This document shows, piece after piece, positions 1-8,846 of a stretch of DNA of 50,736 nt (position 1 is its first letter; each line of letters opens with the position of its first letter). Source of the DNA: Sphingobacteriales bacterium. GTDB taxonomy: Bacteria > Bacteroidota > Bacteroidia > Sphingobacteriales > Sphingobacteriaceae. The notes beneath the pieces were generated by a model. It was given only the letters and a program-made list of their open reading frames with translations. It ran no database searches and was not told the origin of the DNA. The DNA is taken from positions 1-50,736 of the forward strand of contig JBBSRF010000001.1 in assembly GCA_038243335.1 (NCBI GenBank), written 5' to 3'. The translations under genes were made by a program, and so were the position numbers.

Positions 1-2
1 GT

Positions 3-581
3 GTTTTGATAGATCATTTCTTAGATAGAGCAGAAGAAACAGAATCTGATTCTATTAGCGATGGCGATGATGTGCATATTGTTGGTTTAATGGAGCATAT
101 AGAACCTGCAGGTATACACTCTGGGGATTCTAGTGCAGTTTTACCTCCTTTTAGTTTGTCTGATAAGGTAATTGCAGATATGGAAAACTACTCTATAAAA
201 ATTGCTAAAGCCTTAAATGTTATTGGTTTATTAAACATTCAGTTTGCTGTTAAGGATGATAAGGTTTATGTAATTGAAGCAAATCCCAGGGCGTCTCGTA
301 CAGTTCCTTTCATTGCTAAAGCTTATGACGTACCATATATTAACATTGCTGCAAAAGTAATGTTGGGTGTAAATAAATTAAAAGACTTTAAAATTGTACG
401 TAAACTGACAGGTTTTGCAATTAAAGAACCTATTTTCTCTTTCGATAAATTCCCTGAAGTAACTAAAGAATTAGGGCCAGAAATGAAATCTACGGGAGAG
501 GCAATTCATTTCATTAAAGATTTAGAAGACCCTTATTTCCGTAAGTTGGTGAAAGAAAAATCACTTTATTTGTCTAAATAA
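3..581 (+). CDS. carB: Carbamoyl-phosphate synthase large subunit, 3' part (5'-truncated by window)
   Basis: ATP-grasp motifs MEHIEPAGIHSGDS, NIQFAV, EANPRASRTVPF, LGPEMKSTGE; frame open from window start. Confidence 0.96.
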   Translation, partial: VLIDHFLDRAEETESDSISDGDDVHIVGLMEHIEPAGIHSGDSSAVLPPFSLSDKVIADMENYSIKIAKALNVIGLLNIQFAVKDDKVYVIEANPRASRTVPFIAKAYDVPYINIAAKVMLGVNKLKDFKIVRKLTGFAIKEPIFSFDKFPEVTKELGPEMKSTGEAIHFIKDLEDPYFRKLVKEKSLYLSK

Positions 582-602
582 AAAAAAACAGAAATCAGAT
601 AT

Positions 603-637
603 AAAAAATTCTTTGGTGCATGCCAAGGGATTTTTTT
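603..637. terminator. Bidirectional intrinsic terminator between carB and DUF3137 gene
   Basis: AAAAAATTCTTTGG-TGCATG-CCAAGGGATTTTTTT imperfect hairpin with A/T tails between convergent genes. Confidence 0.75.
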
Positions 638-660
638 GTTTTTAAATTGAAATAGCTTAT

Positions 661-1617
661 TTAAACTTTGCTCCAAACTCTGGTATTTAAATCTAGTTCG
701 TGAACGATATCATACATAAACGATAAAACAGAAAGATCATCATCTAATAGATTTGGTTTTAATAAAGTTTTATAAATAGGTGCTTCAAAATAATTTTTAG
801 CTAATGGAAAAGCAATATACATGTTAGCATTAATGAATGATAATGAAACGGTATGAGCACAACGCTGGTTTAACTGCCCAATTCTTTCCATTAAAGCTGG
901 TGTTAGAATATAGCGTGCTTCAATTTGATCATTACTATACACAACAAAATTTTTATTAAATGTTTCATTCTCTAAGTCAACCACAGTCTTATCTCCAAAA
1001 GAGTATACATTTTTAGCAAACCAAGCACTAAGCGATGCGCCAAAATCTTTTGGTCTAACTATAGTTACGCCATTAAAGTTTTTATTAAAGTCTCCTGTAA
1101 AAATAATTCCTTTTAATATTTCGTGCCAATGGGTTTGTCTGCCGTTTTTGGTATGTGTTTCTGTTTTGTATTCTGCATGTACTTCTGCAAAATAAAAACT
1201 GGTTTTATCTATTTTACCAGTTATCAAATCTTCTGTAAAATAACGATCTGGAGAATTAGTGAAAAGTTGAGAAAAAGTAAACTCAGTTTCCGAGATTCCT
1301 TCTGAAGGGCTAATAGTTAAATTTGGGTCGATAGCACGTAAAGTTGCACCAATTATTTCATTTTTAAATCTACTTTTATAAATCCCAGTTTCTGTGCCTA
1401 TTTTATTTAGGATTAATATTCCATAAATAATGATTGCGGCTCCGATTATTAAACCAAAAACTAGTGCAACCAAATTAGCAACTAGAACTAAGGTAATAAT
1501 TCCTGCTAAAATCAATCCCCAAGCTTTATAGTTTGTTGAGGATATGTGTTTTCGTTGAAGCTCTAATTCATTTAATGTAGCCTCAACAGTTGCATTAATT
1601 TTAAAATTAGTTGGCAT
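661..1617 (-). CDS. DUF3137 family membrane protein
   Basis: Two N-terminal TM helices, FxVYSxDQIEARYILTPALME motif; coupled directly downstream of lemA. Confidence 0.85.
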   Translation of the reverse strand: MPTNFKINATVEATLNELELQRKHISSTNYKAWGLILAGIITLVLVANLVALVFGLIIGAAIIIYGILILNKIGTETGIYKSRFKNEIIGATLRAIDPNLTISPSEGISETEFTFSQLFTNSPDRYFTEDLITGKIDKTSFYFAEVHAEYKTETHTKNGRQTHWHEILKGIIFTGDFNKNFNGVTIVRPKDFGASLSAWFAKNVYSFGDKTVVDLENETFNKNFVVYSNDQIEARYILTPALMERIGQLNQRCAHTVSLSFINANMYIAFPLAKNYFEAPIYKTLLKPNLLDDDLSVLSFMYDIVHELDLNTRVWSKV

Positions 1618-2174
1618 TAACTATTGAAAAGTTCTTTTGCATTTACATTTTTACGCTCCTCTGCAGTAGATTCTAAAACTACCATAGTTTGATAGCCTAA
1701 CATACTTGCGAAAATACTACCTGGGAACATCATAACTGCATTATTATAAGTTGTTACTGTGGCATTATAGTTTCTTCTTGCTGCTGCAATTTGTTCTTCA
1801 CTTTCTGTCCAAGTGCTTTGTAGATTTAAGAAGTTAGTATTTGCTTTAAGGTCTGGATAGTTCTCTACACTTACCATTAAACCTTTAACTGCCGCACCCA
1901 TTTGTTGGTCTAGTGCTAATCTATCAGCTTCGCTTAGAGTTGCTCCCATTGCTTTGCCTCTTAGTTCTGTAATTTTAGTTAAGGTATCACCCTCATATTG
2001 GGTGTACTGTTTAACTACTTCTACTAAATTGGGGATAAGGTCGAAGCGTTTTTTAAGCATTACATCTATAGCAGAAAAAGCATTAGTTACTTGATTTTTT
2101 TTGCCAATTAAGGAATTATACATTCCAATGCCAATAATTAGAAGAGCAATAACGATAACGGATATTATAATCAT
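1617..2174 (-). CDS. lemA: LemA family protein
   Basis: N-terminal TM anchor, IDVMLKKRFDLIPNLV, ENYPDLKAN, ARRNYN..V..YN motifs. Confidence 0.95.
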   Translation of the reverse strand: MIIISVIVIALLIIGIGMYNSLIGKKNQVTNAFSAIDVMLKKRFDLIPNLVEVVKQYTQYEGDTLTKITELRGKAMGATLSEADRLALDQQMGAAVKGLMVSVENYPDLKANTNFLNLQSTWTESEEQIAAARRNYNATVTTYNNAVMMFPGSIFASMLGYQTMVVLESTAEERKNVNAKELFNS

Positions 2175-2259
2175 GTTGGTTTGGTTTAATTCTGTTATAA
2201 ATATATAAAAATTAATAATAAGATGTTTTACTGTAGTTGCTGTAACAAAAAGTTTTTTT

Positions 2260-2292
2260 AAAAAAAAATCCCTGCTTTTTTGAGCGGGGATT
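2260..2292 (-). terminator. Intrinsic terminator after DUF4920 gene
   Basis: AATCCCTGCT..AGCGGGGATT imperfect stem preceded by an A-run (U-tract on minus strand). Confidence 0.7.
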
Positions 2293-2317
2293 ATTCTGTC
2301 ATTTACGGCAGTTTATT

Positions 2318-2788
2318 TTAGTCTTTTAAAATTACTACGCCTTTTGCTTCAAATACAATCTCTTTTTTAGGCTTTGTAATTTTTGCAATTTCTTCTTCAG
2401 ATTTTTTAGCATCTTCTGCAAAATGCTTTAAATCTTTAACTGAAGTTTCTTTTCTTTTCGCAAAACCATCTAGTACTACTGTTTTACCTGCAATATCTTT
2501 AGGCATAAAAAATGCATAATCTTTAAAGTTTACAAACATTGTTTCGCCATTTGGCATTTCGAGGTTCATAAAGCATCCTTTTTTCTGACAAACTAAAGTT
2601 ACAATACCAGTAATTTTCATTTCTTTTTTAATGCTATCGCCTAATATAGCGTTAACTTCTGCAGTTTTAATAACCTTACCTTTTTTAACGCCATCTCCAA
2701 AAGAAATTCCATCATAAGAAGATGCATCTTGTGCAAAAGTAAACGTAGCTAACAAGCAAAAAGCCAAACTTAAAATAATTTTTTTCAT
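2318..2788 (-). CDS. DUF4920 domain secreted protein
   Basis: Signal peptide (TFAQ), VCQKKGCFM and FKDYAFFMP motifs. Confidence 0.85.
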   Translation of the reverse strand: MKKIILSLAFCLLATFTFAQDASSYDGISFGDGVKKGKVIKTAEVNAILGDSIKKEMKITGIVTLVCQKKGCFMNLEMPNGETMFVNFKDYAFFMPKDIAGKTVVLDGFAKRKETSVKDLKHFAEDAKKSEEEIAKITKPKKEIVFEAKGVVILKD

Positions 2789-2894
2789 TGTAATTTTATT
2801 AATTTATTATAAATTTAATCTTATTTAACACAAAAGTATTTAAAATCTTTCTAAATAAGGAATTGGTAATTAAATATCTCTTAATTATAATTAC

Positions 2895-2926
2895 AAAAAA
2901 ACCTCACAACTTTTCAGTAGTGAGGT
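2895..2926 (-). terminator. Intrinsic terminator of candidate sRNA (may also serve radA)
   Basis: Minus strand ACCTCACTAC-TGAAAA-GTTGTGAGGT followed by TTTTTT. Confidence 0.75.
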
Positions 2927-2972
2927 CAATCATCCCTATTGTTATGTTCTCATCCTATTAAGGAAAATCACA
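2895..2972 (-). ncRNA. Candidate sigma-54-dependent small RNA (~78 nt)
   Basis: Bracketed by a GG-N10-GC promoter (2997-2984) and a hairpin plus U-run terminator (2926-2895); no protein-sized ORF. Confidence 0.5.
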
Positions 2973-2983
2973 ACATTTACAAC

Positions 2984-2999
2984 GCAATAAATATTCCAA
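2984..2999 (-). promoter_or_regulatory. Sigma-54 (-24/-12) promoter candidate
   Basis: Minus strand TTGGAATATTTATTGC: GG and GC separated by exactly 10 nt, with TTGC at -12. Confidence 0.55.
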
Positions 3000-3152
3000 G
3001 CTTTTAATTAAGATTAATTTGAAATTAATAACCTATTGTTGAGTGCTTTACGAAAATTTTTAATTTTTAAGCAAATTGCTTCAAGAAACAAGGTGTAGAA
3101 ATAAATACATAAAAACTAAATTTTCGGGTAAAATTATACGCTAATTTTGAGC

Positions 3153-4529
3153 TTATCCAAAAAGTAAAGTGAATACTTCTTCAATTTTACTTACAGTTAT
3201 AATCTGTATTTTAAACTTATCTTTAAGTAAACCTTTTAAATTATAATTTGAGATAAATATTTTTTCGAAACCTAGCTTTTCTGCTTCCGAAATGCGCTGT
3301 TCAATTCTATTTACAGCTCTGATTTCTCCAGATAAACCAACTTCGGCTGCGAAACATATTTTAGAAGAAATAAAAATATCCTCGTGAGAAGAAATAATAG
3401 CAGCCATAATTGCTAAATCAATTGCTGGATCTTCTACTTTAATTCCACCTGCTATATTTAAGAAAACATCTTTTGCGCTTAATCTAAATCCGCAACGTTT
3501 TTCAAGCACAGCCAACAACATATTCATTCTTTTAGTATCAAAGCCAGTTGCCGAGCGTTGAGGAGTTCCATAAGCAGAGACGCTAACCAATGCCTGGCTT
3601 TCTATTAACATCGGCCTAGCGCCCTCTAAGGTGGCGCCGATTGTAATTCCACTTAGCTCTTCATCTCTCTGCGACAATAATATTTCTGAAGGATTAGATA
3701 CTTCTCTTAAACCACTGCTCTGCATCGCATAAATACCAAGCTCTGCTGCAGCTCCAAATCGATTTTTAATTGATCTTAGAATTCTATAAATATGATGTCT
3801 ATCTCCTTCAAATTGTAAAACAGTATCCACCATGTGCTCTAAAATCTTCGGACCTGCAATTGCGCCGTCTTTAGTAATGTGTCCAATTAAAAATACTGGT
3901 GTATTTGTTTCTTTTGCGAACCTTAATAATTCGGCGGTACATTCTCTAACTTGAGACACACTTCCTGGTGTGGATTCAATATGCGATGAATGTAATGTCT
4001 GAATGGAGTCTACGATAACCACATCTGGTTCTAATTGCTCTATCTGTTTAAATATATTTTGAGTTGAAGTCTCTGTTAAGATATAACAATCTGCCTTTGG
4101 ATTTGTAGTAATCCTTTCTGCTCGCATTTTGATCTGTTGTTCGCTTTCCTCACCTGAAACATACAATACTTTTTTGCCAGCAATATTTAAAGCCAATTGT
4201 AGCATTAAAGTAGATTTACCAATGCCGGGTTCTCCGCCAATTAAGATTACAGAACCAGCAATTAATCCACCGCCTAAAACCCTATCTAATTCTAAATCTC
4301 CAGTACTTACTCTTTCTTCAGTTGCACTTAAAATTTCCTCTACTTTGCTTGGCTTACTTAAACGTTGTGTGCCAGAAGGCGATTTCCATGTAGGAATATT
4401 CATGGCTCCTTTGTCAATAATCTCTTCAACAAAAGTATTCCATTGGCTACATGAAGGACATTTACCTAGCCACTTTGCGGTTTCAAAACCACAGCTTTGA
4501 CAGAAATATGCAGATTTAGTTTTAGCCAA
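3153..4529 (-). CDS. radA: DNA repair protein RadA/Sms
   Basis: CxxC-n-CxxC zinc finger, Walker A GEPGIGKST, KNRFG motif, Lon-like C-terminus; TTG start. Confidence 0.98.
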   Translation of the reverse strand: MAKTKSAYFCQSCGFETAKWLGKCPSCSQWNTFVEEIIDKGAMNIPTWKSPSGTQRLSKPSKVEEILSATEERVSTGDLELDRVLGGGLIAGSVILIGGEPGIGKSTLMLQLALNIAGKKVLYVSGEESEQQIKMRAERITTNPKADCYILTETSTQNIFKQIEQLEPDVVIVDSIQTLHSSHIESTPGSVSQVRECTAELLRFAKETNTPVFLIGHITKDGAIAGPKILEHMVDTVLQFEGDRHHIYRILRSIKNRFGAAAELGIYAMQSSGLREVSNPSEILLSQRDEELSGITIGATLEGARPMLIESQALVSVSAYGTPQRSATGFDTKRMNMLLAVLEKRCGFRLSAKDVFLNIAGGIKVEDPAIDLAIMAAIISSHEDIFISSKICFAAEVGLSGEIRAVNRIEQRISEAEKLGFEKIFISNYNLKGLLKDKFKIQIITVSKIEEVFTLLFG

Positions 4530-4597
4530 TTTAAGTATAAATTTAAGTTGTACGAATTTAGATTTTATTCGATTTAAAATACAAGTTATTTTTAAAC

Positions 4598-4623
4598 AAA
4601 AAAGCCACGATAAAATCGTGGCT
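4598..4623 (-). terminator. Intrinsic terminator after RNase E/G gene
   Basis: Perfect 9-bp stem AGCCACGAT-AAA-ATCGTGGCT with U-run on minus strand. Confidence 0.8.
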
Positions 4624-4646
4624 CATATTTTTGATCTTTTTCAGAA

Positions 4647-6197
4647 TTAAAGTTTAATCTCTTCGTCTTTTGATGATAAGAAATGAAACTCTGTAAGATT
4701 ATATGAAGAAACTGATTTCACTTTTATACGCTGTCCAAATTTAAAGAACCACTTCCATTGTAATGAGATTAATCCTTTTTCAATAAATGCTGCAATATAT
4801 GGATGTACACAAAGCGTTACATTTTTTTCATTTTGCTCTTGTAAAATGTAAGTCAAATTGCTCTCAATATCGTCCATTAGTACAATACTGGCTTTAATCT
4901 CTCCAGAACCATCGCAAGTAGGGCATTTCTCTACTGTTACAATATTCATTTCTGGTCTTACACGCTGACGCGTAATTTGTACTAAACCAAATTTACTTGG
5001 TGGTAAAATGGTATGTTTAGCACGGTCTAGCAACATCAGTTCTCGTAAATAATCGAAAAGCATTTTACGGTTAGCAGGTTTATGTAAATCGATAAAATCG
5101 ATTACTACAATGCCACCCATATCTCTTAATCTCAATTGACGAGCAATTTCCTTAGCCGCTTCTTTATTTACTTGAAGCGCATTTTCTTCTTGATTTTCTT
5201 TACTAGCTGTTCTATTACCGCTGTTTACATCAATTACGTGTAAAGCCTCGGTATGTTCTACTACTAAATAAGCTCCGCCAGCAAGATTAACTGTTTTACC
5301 GAAACCATTTTTTATTTGTTTTTCTATACCGAAATGTTCAAATATTGGTTCTTTATGTTTGTAATGTTTCACAATTTTTTCCATTTCTGGAGAAATTTCG
5401 TGTACATAAGAACGAATATCTTCAAACAGATTTGCATCGTTTACATAAACGTTTGTAAAATCGGCACTTAAAATATCACGGATAAGGGTAGAAGTACGAT
5501 CCATCTCCCCCCAAACCCTTTTAGAAGGTTCTGCATCGGGTAGCTTTTTAGTAAAGCTTTCCCATTTAGATACAGAATCTAATAAGTCTTTTTGTAATTC
5601 GGCAACACCTTTACCTTCTGATACCGTTCTAATGATTACTCCAAAATTTTTGGGTTTAATACTTTCAATAATCTTTTTAAGTCGATTACGTTCGGTATTG
5701 CTTTTAATCTTTTTAGAGATCGATATTACGTTAGAAAAAGGCACTAAAACTATATACCTTCCTGCAATAGAAAGATCAGAGCTTAATCTAGGTCCCTTAG
5801 TAGATATAGGTTCTTTGGCAATTTGAACAGGTAAGATCAAATTTTTACTAACAATTTCGGATATTTTACCCGCTTTGTTGATATCAGCCTCTAACTTAAA
5901 GTTATCTAATAAATTTCCATTAACTGTACCGTTACGCTTAATTTTTGTAAGCTTTATTAAAGATTGTACTTGTGGACCTAAGTCGAAATAGTGCAAAAAT
6001 GCATCTTTCTCATAACCAACATCAACAAATGCAGCATTTAAACCAGGCATTATTTTTTTAATACGGCCTAAATAAATATCGCCAACAGCATAATTGTTGT
6101 TGATGTGTTCTTTATGAAGTTCTACAAGATACTTATCTTCAATTAAAGCTATGGTTACTCCAGTAGGAGTTGAATCGATTATTAATTCCTTTACCAA
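4647..6197 (-). CDS. rng: Ribonuclease E/G family
   Basis: S1 domain (AAFVDVG), KEPISTKGPRLS, IDVNSG, RQLRLRDMGGIVVIDFID, CPTCDGSG Zn-link; TTG start. Confidence 0.95.
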   Translation of the reverse strand: MVKELIIDSTPTGVTIALIEDKYLVELHKEHINNNYAVGDIYLGRIKKIMPGLNAAFVDVGYEKDAFLHYFDLGPQVQSLIKLTKIKRNGTVNGNLLDNFKLEADINKAGKISEIVSKNLILPVQIAKEPISTKGPRLSSDLSIAGRYIVLVPFSNVISISKKIKSNTERNRLKKIIESIKPKNFGVIIRTVSEGKGVAELQKDLLDSVSKWESFTKKLPDAEPSKRVWGEMDRTSTLIRDILSADFTNVYVNDANLFEDIRSYVHEISPEMEKIVKHYKHKEPIFEHFGIEKQIKNGFGKTVNLAGGAYLVVEHTEALHVIDVNSGNRTASKENQEENALQVNKEAAKEIARQLRLRDMGGIVVIDFIDLHKPANRKMLFDYLRELMLLDRAKHTILPPSKFGLVQITRQRVRPEMNIVTVEKCPTCDGSGEIKASIVLMDDIESNLTYILQEQNEKNVTLCVHPYIAAFIEKGLISLQWKWFFKFGQRIKVKSVSSYNLTEFHFLSSKDEEIKL

Positions 6198-6319
6198 AAG
6201 CTACAGATTTTAAGGCAAATTAATGCCTTATTACACATGGACAAAAAACAATTGAATCCAAAAATAAACACTTGACTATTCGAGTGTTTATTTTTGTCCA
6301 ATACACTAATAGAAAAATA

Positions 6320-6409
6320 CTATTTTTTCTTATGTCTGTTTTTTCTTAAACGTTTTTTACGTTTGTGAGTAGCCATTTTATGTCTTTTTCTTTTTTTACC
6401 GCTTGGCAT
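6320..6409 (-). CDS. 29-aa basic protein, bS22 / AURKAIP1-COX24-like ribosomal protein (missed by ORF track)
   Basis: Hand translation MPSGKKRKRHKMATHKRKKRLRKNRHKKK*; ATG 6409, TAG 6322-6320. Confidence 0.88.
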   Translation of the reverse strand: MPSGKKRKRHKMATHKRKKRLRKNRHKKK

Positions 6410-6452
6410 AATTTTAAATTTTAAATGTTTTTATTAATCTGTTAATTAACGT

Positions 6453-7313
6453 TTATTTTTTTAACTCAGCAATCTTACCATCAAGAAATTTCAAGAAAGA
6501 TGGATTAGCTGTTAATTTTCTGCTATTTAAATAAGCGTCTATTGCTTCATTCTTTTTGTTTAAACTTTCATAAGCCGTAGCTAGATAAAAGTAGGCTTCT
6601 GGTGAAGGTCCAATATTATTTATCACATCATTAAAGCGAGTGATAGCTTTATCAAACTGCCCAGATTTAATTGCAAATAACCCTAAATTCATATTTGCTT
6701 TAAGGTTTTTTGGTTCTTTTTTAACCACTCCCATTAACAATGCAATCCCTTCCATAGGAGCTCCTGCACCGTTAACTATAGTTATACCTAAGCCTGTTTT
6801 AGCGTCAGTTAAGGATGAATCTAAGTTTAATGAATTTTTAAAAGATACGTTAGCTCTTTGAAGTAACGTAGTTCTAATGTCATTGTCTTCTGGGGTATTT
6901 TCAAATGCTTTCAAATAACGATCACCAGCTGCTAACCAATTTTTTGATGAAGGTTCGCTTTTTGCAATTGCTTCCAAGTACATCGCACTTGGCGTAGCTT
7001 GTTCTAAATCATTCCATTTTTGAGCTAAAAGATTAGCCTTTACATTTTTTTCAGATCCAGAAGCGCTAAGATAAGCAGATTCTATAATTGAAATTTCTTT
7101 AGTTGAAGCTGTGCTGATTAAGTTTTTTGCTGTATTTGAAACCTCAGTCATGTTTAACTCAACCGCAGTATTATTTTCTTCTACAGCCGGCATTTGTTTG
7201 GTTTCTTCTTTTGGCTTTACTAAGCCCTTAATTTCTCGTGTAAACAAAAACCCTACAAGCACTAGCATTGCTACAATTATAATAACTTGTTTAGAACGGA
7301 TGTTGTTTAACAT
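6453..7313 (-). CDS. Membrane-anchored tetratricopeptide repeat protein
   Basis: N-terminal TM, C-terminal TPR pattern (NLGLFAIKSGQFDKA; AYFYLATAYE). Confidence 0.85.
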   Translation of the reverse strand: MLNNIRSKQVIIIVAMLVLVGFLFTREIKGLVKPKEETKQMPAVEENNTAVELNMTEVSNTAKNLISTASTKEISIIESAYLSASGSEKNVKANLLAQKWNDLEQATPSAMYLEAIAKSEPSSKNWLAAGDRYLKAFENTPEDNDIRTTLLQRANVSFKNSLNLDSSLTDAKTGLGITIVNGAGAPMEGIALLMGVVKKEPKNLKANMNLGLFAIKSGQFDKAITRFNDVINNIGPSPEAYFYLATAYESLNKKNEAIDAYLNSRKLTANPSFLKFLDGKIAELKK

Positions 7314-7318
7314 AATAA

Positions 7319-7621
7319 TTAAGCCTCTGCTTTTAAAATTTTGGTATTATTTTTCACTTTATCAACAAATACTTTTGCTGGTTTAAAACTTGGAACAAAA
7401 TGCTCTGGAATAATAATTGCAGTGTTTTTAGAAATATTTCTAGCTGTCTTTTGCGCTCTTTTTTTAACTACGAAACTACCAAAGCCTCTTACGTACACAT
7501 TTTCTCCACCAATCATACTGTTCTTGATCACTTTGAAAAATGCTTCTACCGTCTCCTGAACGTCTACTTTTTCAATTCCTGTTTTTGTTGATATTTCTGA
7601 AATAATATCTGCCTTAGTCAT
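7319..7621 (-). CDS. HU/IHF family DNA-binding protein
   Basis: MTKADII, VYVRGFGSF, RNISK...PSFKP motifs. Confidence 0.95.
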   Translation of the reverse strand: MTKADIISEISTKTGIEKVDVQETVEAFFKVIKNSMIGGENVYVRGFGSFVVKKRAQKTARNISKNTAIIIPEHFVPSFKPAKVFVDKVKNNTKILKAEA

Positions 7622-7674
7622 ATTTTCTATTTATTAAGTTATTGTTGTTATATATTATAACTGTTTTGGGGTTG

Positions 7675-7682
7675 CAAAAGTA
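7675..7682 (-). promoter_or_regulatory. Bacteroidota -7 promoter element for HU operon
   Basis: Minus strand TACTTTTG matches TAnnTTTG. Confidence 0.6.
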
Positions 7683-7752
7683 TTGCTTTTTAATGAGATA
7701 GGAAAATAAAAGATGATTTATTTACATTGAAAGTTATCACTACAATGCAACT

Positions 7753-7786
7753 TTTGGTAAAAAGTTATAATTTGATTGTATTTTTG
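7753..7786 (+). promoter_or_regulatory. -33/-7 promoter for mutY-ssb
   Basis: TTTG (7753-56), 22-nt spacer, TATTTTTG (7779-86), 5 nt before ATG. Confidence 0.55.
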
Positions 7787-7791
7787 GATCA

Positions 7792-8841
7792 ATGAACTTT
7801 CAAAATGAAATTATTAAATGGTATAAACGCAATAAAAGAGACCTCCCTTGGCGAAAAACTACTAATGCCTATACAATTTGGTTGTCAGAAATTATCTTAC
7901 AACAAACTAGGGTTGAACAAGGCCTACCTTATTTCAATAAATTTTTGGAAGTTTTCCCAACAGTACAAGATTTTGCCGCAGCTTCAGAAATCCAAGTTTT
8001 AAAATTATGGCAAGGTTTGGGTTATTATTCTCGTGGTAGAAATATGCTTTATACAGCCAAACAGGTTATTGATATACATCAAGGCATATTTCCTATTCAC
8101 TATGATGAATTGATAAAATTAAAAGGTATTGGGGAATATACTGCAGCAGCAATTTCATCATTTTCAAATAATGAATCTAAAGCCGTACTAGACGGAAATG
8201 TTTTTAGAGTATTATCAAGATATTTTGGCATAAACGAACCAATTAATTCTACTATTGGTAAAAAAATATTTACGCAAATTGCACAGAGTTTGATTGTAGA
8301 ACAAAAGCCTTCCTTATATAACCAAGCCATAATGGAGTTTGGAGCATTACAATGCAAGCCTAAATTGCCATTATGTAGTATTTGTCCTTTGCAATTAGAT
8401 TGTTATGCATTAAAAAATAACAAGGTCAATTTGTTGCCGATTAAATTAAAAAAAGTTAAAGTAAAAGAAAGGTGGTTCAATTATTTTGTTGGTATTAAAG
8501 ATGGGCGAATTTTAACAAATCAGCGTGAGGCTGGAGATATTTGGCAACAAATGTTTGATTTTCCGTTGATAGAAACTTTCTCAAAAGCAGAAGTTAAAGA
8601 TTTAGATTTTATGGAAAGCGTTAAATTTGATTTCGGGGGAGATGTTAAAATCTCTAAAATAATCGAGAAAAAACATTTATTAACACACCAAATTATATAT
8701 GTACAATTTTTTGCTTTAGAAAATTATATGATTAACTTTAATATACATACAAAGATTAAATCTATTTTACTAGAAGATTTTGAAGAGTTACCACATCCAA
8801 AGGTAATCAGTGATTTTCTAAATTTTTACTTAAAAATCTAA
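7792..8841 (+). CDS. mutY: A/G-specific adenine glycosylase
   Basis: RDLPWR, WLSEIILQQT, WQGLGYYSR, HhH GIGEYT, DGNV, Fe-S motif C-x6-C-x2-C-x5-C. Confidence 0.97.
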   Translation: MNFQNEIIKWYKRNKRDLPWRKTTNAYTIWLSEIILQQTRVEQGLPYFNKFLEVFPTVQDFAAASEIQVLKLWQGLGYYSRGRNMLYTAKQVIDIHQGIFPIHYDELIKLKGIGEYTAAAISSFSNNESKAVLDGNVFRVLSRYFGINEPINSTIGKKIFTQIAQSLIVEQKPSLYNQAIMEFGALQCKPKLPLCSICPLQLDCYALKNNKVNLLPIKLKKVKVKERWFNYFVGIKDGRILTNQREAGDIWQQMFDFPLIETFSKAEVKDLDFMESVKFDFGGDVKISKIIEKKHLLTHQIIYVQFFALENYMINFNIHTKIKSILLEDFEELPHPKVISDFLNFYLKI

Positions 8842-8846
8842 TATAT

